Positions 26,466 through 32,000 of a stretch of DNA of 32,000 bases are shown here, in pieces. Positions within the stretch are counted from its first letter, which is position 1. Each line of letters begins with the position of its first letter. A model generated the notes under the pieces. It made no database searches, was not told the origin of the DNA, and saw only the letters and a list, made by a program, of their open reading frames with translations. This stretch comes from Caldivirga maquilingensis IC-167 (GTDB lineage Archaea > Thermoproteota > Thermoprotei > Thermoproteales > Thermocladiaceae). The stretch is taken from the NCBI RefSeq assembly GCF_000018305.1, contig NC_009954.1, positions 780,001 through 812,000 of the forward strand. Reading direction: 5' to 3'. A program made the position numbers and the translations under genes.

Positions 26466-27182
26466 ATGGCGTTCATTGAGTGTAGGGATGTTTGGAAGTA
26501 CTACGGCGATTACCCAGCCTTAAGGGAAGTTGATTTAACAATCAATGAGGGTGAATTCCACTGCGTAATCGGACCCAGTGGTAGTGGTAAAACCACATTA
26601 CTAAGCCTAATAGGTGGTCTTGATAGGGTTAGTAAAGGTTATTTGAGGGTGGGGTCTTATGAGCTTCATAATCTCGGTGATAGTGAACTAGATGAATACA
26701 GGAATAAGTACGTTGGCTTCGTCTTTCAATTATTCTACCTAATACCACGCATGAATGTTGTTGAGAACGTTGAATTACCATTAATAGCCAGGGGAGTTGG
26801 TTTAAGGGAGAGGAGGAAGCTGGCTCTTGAGGCGCTTGAGGCTGTGGGTATGAGGGATAAGGCCTACAGGAAGCCAAGTCAATTAAGTGGTGGTGAACAG
26901 CAGAGGGTCGCTATTGCAAGGGCTATTGTAACTCGACCAAGGCTACTCCTTGCTGATGAACCAACAGGTAACCTTGATAGCAAGTCAGCTGTTAATGTAA
27001 TGGAGATCTTCAGGAGGCTTAACCATGAGTTAGGAATGACTATAATAATGGTTACTCACAACCTTGAGCTAATTAGGTACTGTCACAGGGTCTCAAGGAT
27101 AAGCGACGGTAGAATAACCAGAACCTACAGTGTCTCTGAGGCCAAGAACTACGATGAGTTAATTAGAGAATTAGCTGAGTGA
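26466..27182 (+). CDS. ABC transporter ATP-binding protein (MacB/LolD-type, COG1136-like)
   Basis: Walker A GPSGSGKTT, Q-loop GFVFQ, signature LSGGEQQRVAIARA, Walker B LLLADEPTGNLD and H-loop VTHN. Confidence 0.9.
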   Translation: MAFIECRDVWKYYGDYPALREVDLTINEGEFHCVIGPSGSGKTTLLSLIGGLDRVSKGYLRVGSYELHNLGDSELDEYRNKYVGFVFQLFYLIPRMNVVENVELPLIARGVGLRERRKLALEALEAVGMRDKAYRKPSQLSGGEQQRVAIARAIVTRPRLLLADEPTGNLDSKSAVNVMEIFRRLNHELGMTIIMVTHNLELIRYCHRVSRISDGRITRTYSVSEAKNYDELIRELAE

Positions 27183-27271
27183 TTCTTAAGTGTTTATGGG
27201 AATTAAGGCATGTTCCCATGTAATTAATGATTTAGGGAATGGTTTAATAACCTAAGCCTAAGCTTAATGCG

Positions 27272-28081
27272 ATGAAGATTGGGTTAATAGTATCTAGGGT
27301 TGATGAAGCCTCCATAGGTATTTGGAGCATGCTTAAAGGCATGGTTAAGTTCAAGGAGATTAACACTAATGAGTATTCATCAGACCTAGCCCTAGCCTTA
27401 GTCTCAGATAAGGATATAGTGTACGTTGATGAGGCTGATGAATGGGCTAGGGTTAATGACATAGATTTATTATTATTCCTAAGTAGGCATGAGATGAAGA
27501 ATCCTAAACCACTTATAACATTCCACACCCCGGGCAACTGGACTAATGACGTTGAGTTAGGTGGTAAACCGGGTCAAGTAGCCATTAGTGAACCAAGGGT
27601 ACTCACTAACCTGTTTAGGGAAGCGTATAGGAGGATTGGGGAGTTAAACGGCTACTCAGTTACCCTGGAGGCTACTCATCACGGTCCCTTTGTTGATAAA
27701 CCAGTAGTTTTCGTAGAAATCGGCTCCACAAGCAATGAGTGGAGGGATCCTAAGGCTCAGGAATTCCTGGCGTCACTGGTTTTTGACCTCCTTAACAACA
27801 CTGATAAGTATATTAATGATGGTAAGGATGCCGCAGTATCAATAGGTGACCTACACTACACAACACTGGTTAACCACATAATTAATGGTGAATATGATGT
27901 AGGCCACATGGTACCTAAGTACATTAAACCCACACCCACAATTATTAAGATGGCTGTTGAACGCAACACCGTTAGACCGAGGATAGGTATAATACACTGG
28001 AAGTCGCTGGATGCTGAATCAAGGGTGATGTCGGAGAAGGAGCTTAGTAATCTTGGGTTAACTGTGATTAAGAGGAGGTAA
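27272..28081 (+). CDS. dtdA: Archaeal-type D-aminoacyl-tRNA deacylase
   Basis: FLSRHEMKNPKPLITFHTPGN, LEATHHGP and VFVEIGSTSNEW match the DtdA (PF04414) pattern. Confidence 0.8.
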   Translation: MKIGLIVSRVDEASIGIWSMLKGMVKFKEINTNEYSSDLALALVSDKDIVYVDEADEWARVNDIDLLLFLSRHEMKNPKPLITFHTPGNWTNDVELGGKPGQVAISEPRVLTNLFREAYRRIGELNGYSVTLEATHHGPFVDKPVVFVEIGSTSNEWRDPKAQEFLASLVFDLLNNTDKYINDGKDAAVSIGDLHYTTLVNHIINGEYDVGHMVPKYIKPTPTIIKMAVERNTVRPRIGIIHWKSLDAESRVMSEKELSNLGLTVIKRR

Positions 28082-28083
28082 AC

Positions 28084-28374
28084 ATGCCCAGGTACATTAT
28101 AATTGAGGCGAAGAGTAGGGATACTTTACCTCAAGTCTATAGGGATTTAGTGATCAAGGCTAGGGGGATTGCTGGAATTAACTGGGATTCAAGTAAATGC
28201 TACGCACTTCCAATACTTCTCCACGCTAATAGAATCGTTATTAAAGTACCCAGTAATTGCATTGCATGGTTCAGGGCAGCGATGGTAAGCATAGATTATG
28301 CAGTAACCATTAGGGTCACTGGTACCGCTAAGAAGGCTAAGGCTCAAGCATTATCAATACCCAGCGTATTTTAA
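28084..28374 (+). CDS. rnp2: RNase P protein component 2 (Pop5/Rnp2-like)
   Basis: PRYIIIEA near the N-terminus and IRVTGTAKKAKAQAL near the C-terminus parallel KRYIAFKV ... VLGVSGTIKRLKRKFL of archaeal Pop5. The gene lies 3 nt downstream of dtdA. Confidence 0.55.
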   Translation: MPRYIIIEAKSRDTLPQVYRDLVIKARGIAGINWDSSKCYALPILLHANRIVIKVPSNCIAWFRAAMVSIDYAVTIRVTGTAKKAKAQALSIPSVF

Positions 28375-28396
28375 GGTATAATACATTGTAATTTAA

Positions 28397-28639
28397 CTAC
28401 TGCTTACCCTTAATCCTTATCCTAACGGTAATAACGCCGTCACTCTCATCTAGATTTAATAATTCATTATTGGTTACCCTAGCCCAATTAATTAAATCCT
28501 GCTTAGCAGCTGGATCAGTGGCTATAACCTTAATAACCTGACCAGGCTTAGCTAATCTAGCAGCCTTAGCGGTTTCAAGCACTGGAATTGGGCATACCTT
28601 TCCCTTAACATCAACCGTAATCTCATTATCCTCCTCCAT
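28397..28639 (-). CDS. tusA: TusA/SirA-family sulfurtransferase
   Basis: It is 80 aa and carries the conserved Cys-Pro motif VDVKGKVCPIPVL. Confidence 0.85.
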   Translation of the reverse strand: MEEDNEITVDVKGKVCPIPVLETAKAARLAKPGQVIKVIATDPAAKQDLINWARVTNNELLNLDESDGVITVRIRIKGKQ

Positions 28640-28758
28640 GGTTAAGGTGGGGTTAGTTAATTTAATATGCTATTTCACTTAATGCATAATATGCCCCCTA
28701 ATGTAGAAAATAACCAATTAATGATCCTATATAAGCCAAGGAGTTAGGAGCCTGAATT

Positions 28759-29220
28759 ATGAGTAGTAAAACAGTGGGTATGGTTGTCCAAAGCGGTGCC
28801 GCTAATAGAATATGCTGCGTAGTAGTCTACGCAGCCGCCGCTTTAGCCTCAGGCAGGAAGGTGGTCCTCCACCTGGTTAATGAGGGTTTAGTTGCCTTTA
28901 GGAAGGATGTGGCTGGTAAGATTTGGAGCAGTGAGAAGCCTGATGATTGGTCAATATTTCCTGAACAGTATAGGAGTTATGTTGAGGTATTCTTAAAGAA
29001 TGTTAATGGCGCCATTAAGTCAGGTTCCTTTAAGAATTGGCATGAGATGCTGGCTGAGCTTAAGAAGGAGTATGGTGATAATCTAAAAATATATGCATGC
29101 CCCCTAGCCGCTCAAATGTATAATATTAAGAAGGAGGATTTATTAGACATTGTTGATGCAATAGCTGGCGCTGAAACATTCCTAGCAGAGGTTGAGGGAG
29201 GTACAGTATTTGTATTTTGA
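28759..29220 (+). CDS. DsrE/DsrF-like family protein
   Basis: The ~150-aa protein has an N-terminal MVVQSGAANRICCVVVYAAAALASG and a C-terminal YACPLAAQMYNIKKEDLL...AGAETFL. It is divergently paired with tusA. Confidence 0.7.
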   Translation: MSSKTVGMVVQSGAANRICCVVVYAAAALASGRKVVLHLVNEGLVAFRKDVAGKIWSSEKPDDWSIFPEQYRSYVEVFLKNVNGAIKSGSFKNWHEMLAELKKEYGDNLKIYACPLAAQMYNIKKEDLLDIVDAIAGAETFLAEVEGGTVFVF

Positions 29221-29439
29221 TTTCAATTATACAGTTAAAAATTAGGTCTTAATTCTTAAAATGAAAATTCAGTTCAGGATTAAATAATCTCCTTCTAGTA
29301 TTAAAAGAGAAGATCAATGTTGGTTTTAAGAATTTATAATTAATCAGCAGCCTGGAAGTAGTCACTTAATCCTTCCTCACGCACCTCATCATCACTCATG
29401 TTCCCAGTATTAGGCTAATAAATATTGTGTGAAGCCTCT

Positions 29440-31566
29440 TTATGAGGGGAGGGTTAACTCCAGGGTTGCTTCAGTGTACTGTATGTTAACTAGTAGTAGT
29501 TTACTTGACTCATTATAATCATAATTAACTGGAGTTCCATTAACCTTAACACTAATTGGCTTACTGGGTGAGTAAATGAGGATTTCACCAGGTTCAACTA
29601 GTGTTAAGGTGGCTTTATAAAGTGGCCTTGAGTACTCCTCATTAATCCTGATTACTGAGGCTGGCATCAATGCGTACTTGGTTAACCCAATTACCCTTGG
29701 TTTACTTGAATCATTGAATGCAAGGATTAAGTGGGGCTCAGCCTTCCTTACACATCCCTCCGCTTTACCATCATGAGTAGTCATAGTGTTCACCCTCAGT
29801 AAGACCGAGTCCTTAGGTAAACCCAATTTACCAGATTCCAGTGTGTAGCATACTTGGTCAAGATCCCTATGTACGTTAAATAAAGTGATCACAGTAATAT
29901 CCCTCACAGTGGTTAAGGCGATTAATGGTACTGGTTCAGTATATGGATCATTTAGGAACATTTCATCAGCTAGTTTAGCTGGCTCATCAGGCCTAAGCAC
30001 AATCCATTGCGGGGTCAAGAACCTCCTAAGTAAATTAACATTAACACCCCTCCTCCAGTATGGGTCCTTATCAATGGCGTCACCAATACCCATTGCGGAG
30101 AAGAATAATATCCTGGCCAGTAGGTCAGCGTAAGCGTGATGATCCGTTGTCACCATGACGTCGAAGAAGGGTGCGTAACCCAGTTGAATCGCTAATTGCG
30201 AATCATATGCATTATAATAGAGTAGCAGATGCTTAGGTAGTGATGACCCGTAATCCGGGCTTGTTCTAATCATTAATGCATTATTATGCTTAAAGCCTAT
30301 GAAGTAGTGGTACATATCAGGCATGCATAATTCAATAAGTAAATCATGCTTCCCCGCGGCATTGAATAATGCATCAATATACCTCTCAAGGGCACCAACC
30401 TCACTCATGTACACTTCACTGCACCTCTGCCTTAACGTTGTTAACCAATCATGCTTAACAGACATAATGCCCTTACTCTTAAGCGCCTTGAATAGGTCAT
30501 CGAAGAACTCCTCAGGTTGCAGTAGGCATGCTGCATCCTTAACAAGCCTTGAGGAGTATTTTTGAGCATACGGTGAATTCTTGGATAAATACCTTATGTG
30601 TAAGCTTACTATTGGTCCAAGTACCTTAGATAACGCATCCAAGTCGCTTCCCAATTCAGGAACCTCCTTATACTCCAATGCTCCACCATCCTCAGTACTC
30701 TTAGGGTACCACCATGAGTCAACTTGGTAATACTTAACGCCAATCCCTTTCTCATCCATGTATCTCTTAATCTCAAGCATTGTTTGAGTATAATTCATGC
30801 CAGGTAATGTCCTATACCAGTACATCCCACCTGTATCTGTCCAGTATTGAAGTGAATCCAGGTAATTCCGGTTAACTTCAATGGATGTCTTAGTTCTACC
30901 GTAAAATCCTCTAATCCAACGTCCCCACCTTGATAATGCCTCATTAGGTGACTTGCCATACACCACCACTGAGGAGAGGTTGAATCCACTGGGTATTTCC
31001 CTAATGGTTCCGCTCAAGCCCAAGATAGCCTTAAACCCAACGGAACCTGGATTTAATTTAAGGAGCTGAGGGGCCCTTGGCTCAAGGGCCGATACCAGCA
31101 TTGTGTTAAGTCCACTGGAGTTAATAAACATTCCAAAGGAACCCAATACCGTGGGTTCCTTGAAATCACCAGCCCTTATGAAAACAGGCCTAATCCAGTT
31201 ATACGGCGTATAACCAAACCCCCTATCTAGTAATACATGGGCATTAAATGAAGCTGTATCAACATCAGCCTCCCTACCAACACTCCTGTTCACACTTGAA
31301 TTGAATAATATGCTTGATACTATAATTGGGTCGTTTAAGTAAGCCTTAACCGAGAATGTTAAATCCCCAGGCTCTGCTCTAATTGAATATACTATATACT
31401 TACCCAATGAGTCAACGTTCTCATGCGACTCATACCCTTTGGGGCTAAGTAACTTACCATTAACCAGTGGTGAAGCCCTAAGCAACAGTGAGTCGCCAAG
31501 AATTAACTCCCATGCTGCATCATCGTGAAGTACCGTAAGCCTTAAATCATTCCACTTAATCATCAT
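29440..31566 (-). CDS. Large cytoplasmic protein, putative clan GH-D (GH36 / raffinose-synthase-like) glycoside hydrolase
   Basis: There is no signal peptide. LQYWTDTGGMYWY...GVKYYQVDSWWY, MSVKHDW and MIRTSPDY parallel GWCSW.AFY...IIDDGWQ, GVKVDxQ and R.SDDF of GH36-like enzymes. This assignment is by eye only. Confidence 0.4.
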   Translation of the reverse strand: MMIKWNDLRLTVLHDDAAWELILGDSLLLRASPLVNGKLLSPKGYESHENVDSLGKYIVYSIRAEPGDLTFSVKAYLNDPIIVSSILFNSSVNRSVGREADVDTASFNAHVLLDRGFGYTPYNWIRPVFIRAGDFKEPTVLGSFGMFINSSGLNTMLVSALEPRAPQLLKLNPGSVGFKAILGLSGTIREIPSGFNLSSVVVYGKSPNEALSRWGRWIRGFYGRTKTSIEVNRNYLDSLQYWTDTGGMYWYRTLPGMNYTQTMLEIKRYMDEKGIGVKYYQVDSWWYPKSTEDGGALEYKEVPELGSDLDALSKVLGPIVSLHIRYLSKNSPYAQKYSSRLVKDAACLLQPEEFFDDLFKALKSKGIMSVKHDWLTTLRQRCSEVYMSEVGALERYIDALFNAAGKHDLLIELCMPDMYHYFIGFKHNNALMIRTSPDYGSSLPKHLLLYYNAYDSQLAIQLGYAPFFDVMVTTDHHAYADLLARILFFSAMGIGDAIDKDPYWRRGVNVNLLRRFLTPQWIVLRPDEPAKLADEMFLNDPYTEPVPLIALTTVRDITVITLFNVHRDLDQVCYTLESGKLGLPKDSVLLRVNTMTTHDGKAEGCVRKAEPHLILAFNDSSKPRVIGLTKYALMPASVIRINEEYSRPLYKATLTLVEPGEILIYSPSKPISVKVNGTPVNYDYNESSKLLLVNIQYTEATLELTLPS

Positions 31567-31831
31567 TGGATTAGTGGTTAGTCTGTTTTAAATCATACTG
31601 TGGCCTAGTCTTATTAATAAAGTATTACCTATAGTACACTTAGGCTAATGTAAAATGTAGGTAATCGCATACAGTATAGTTGATTAATGTGAATCATATA
31701 CATATCCTATATAGTTTTTCACTTTTAATGCACTTGGGTTTACTGGTTTAGGAATAATTAACTACTATAAATGATTACTAGTATACAATGTTAGAATACA
31801 TGTTTAAAAACATGTACACCCTGTATTAGGC

Positions 31832-32000
31832 ATGGCCACTGTTAGGGTACTCGGAATACTACTATCAATACTATCGATAGCGGTAGTGTTATCGGCAGCC
31901 ACTACAGTGACTTCAGCGGTCAGTTTTAATGTAACCCAAGCCGTATCATCAACCCTCTTATATGTACCAAATTCCCCAAGCGACTGGAATTTATTTGTCT
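31832..32000 (+). CDS. Secreted or membrane protein, 5' part only (runs off the window)
   Basis: The ATG at 31832 is followed by a signal-peptide-like MATVRVLGILLSILSIAVVLSAATTVTSA, and the frame stays open to the window end. The TATA-like tttaaaaa lies ~25 nt upstream. Confidence 0.5.
   Translation, partial: MATVRVLGILLSILSIAVVLSAATTVTSAVSFNVTQAVSSTLLYVPNSPSDWNLFV

Overview
The window looks like a chromosomal segment of a hyperthermophilic crenarchaeon, probably Thermoproteales-like. The lineage call is an inference from four things: a Cren7 chromatin protein gene, a tRNA with a non-canonically placed intron, a CRISPR repeat ending in GAAAG, and TATA boxes about 25-30 nt upstream of start codons (leaderless style). 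No database search was possible. Most of the window is housekeeping. Recognised genes are the RFC small subunit, an MBL-fold UPF0282-like protein, Cren7, pyrF, a TauE/SafE exporter, a GT4 glycosyltransferase, a BtuF/FhuD-like binding protein, an MFS transporter, aIF1/SUI1, an APC permease, an ABC-2 exporter pair, argG-argH-argD(lysJ), sfsA, dtdA, RNase P Pop5, TusA and a DsrE-like protein. There is also a large GH36-like protein, tRNA-Pro(CGG, intron-containing) and tRNA-Cys(GCA). Six items deserve a second look. (1) An orphan 3-repeat CRISPR mini-array at 147-308 has no cas genes in 32 kb, an unexplained 7-nt extension shared by both spacers, and a C/A-only tract beside it. (2) A gene cluster at 22496-27182 pairs a MacB/FtsX-type ABC transporter with an overlapping gene for an 875-aa membrane-anchored surface protein built from ~108-aa Ig-like modules. 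This is the best candidate for an uncharacterised system. (3) Three independent 1-nt frame disruptions affect the APC permease, the argG start and the sfsA start. Two of the disrupted starts sit exactly at leaderless distance from TATA boxes. (4) Two long non-coding gaps lie next to tRNA genes, one holding a gene remnant. (5) A retropepsin-like ORF carries NTG in place of the catalytic DTG. (6) There is a candidate C/D box sRNA. All family calls come from motif recognition by eye, and start codons and boundaries of non-coding elements are approximate.
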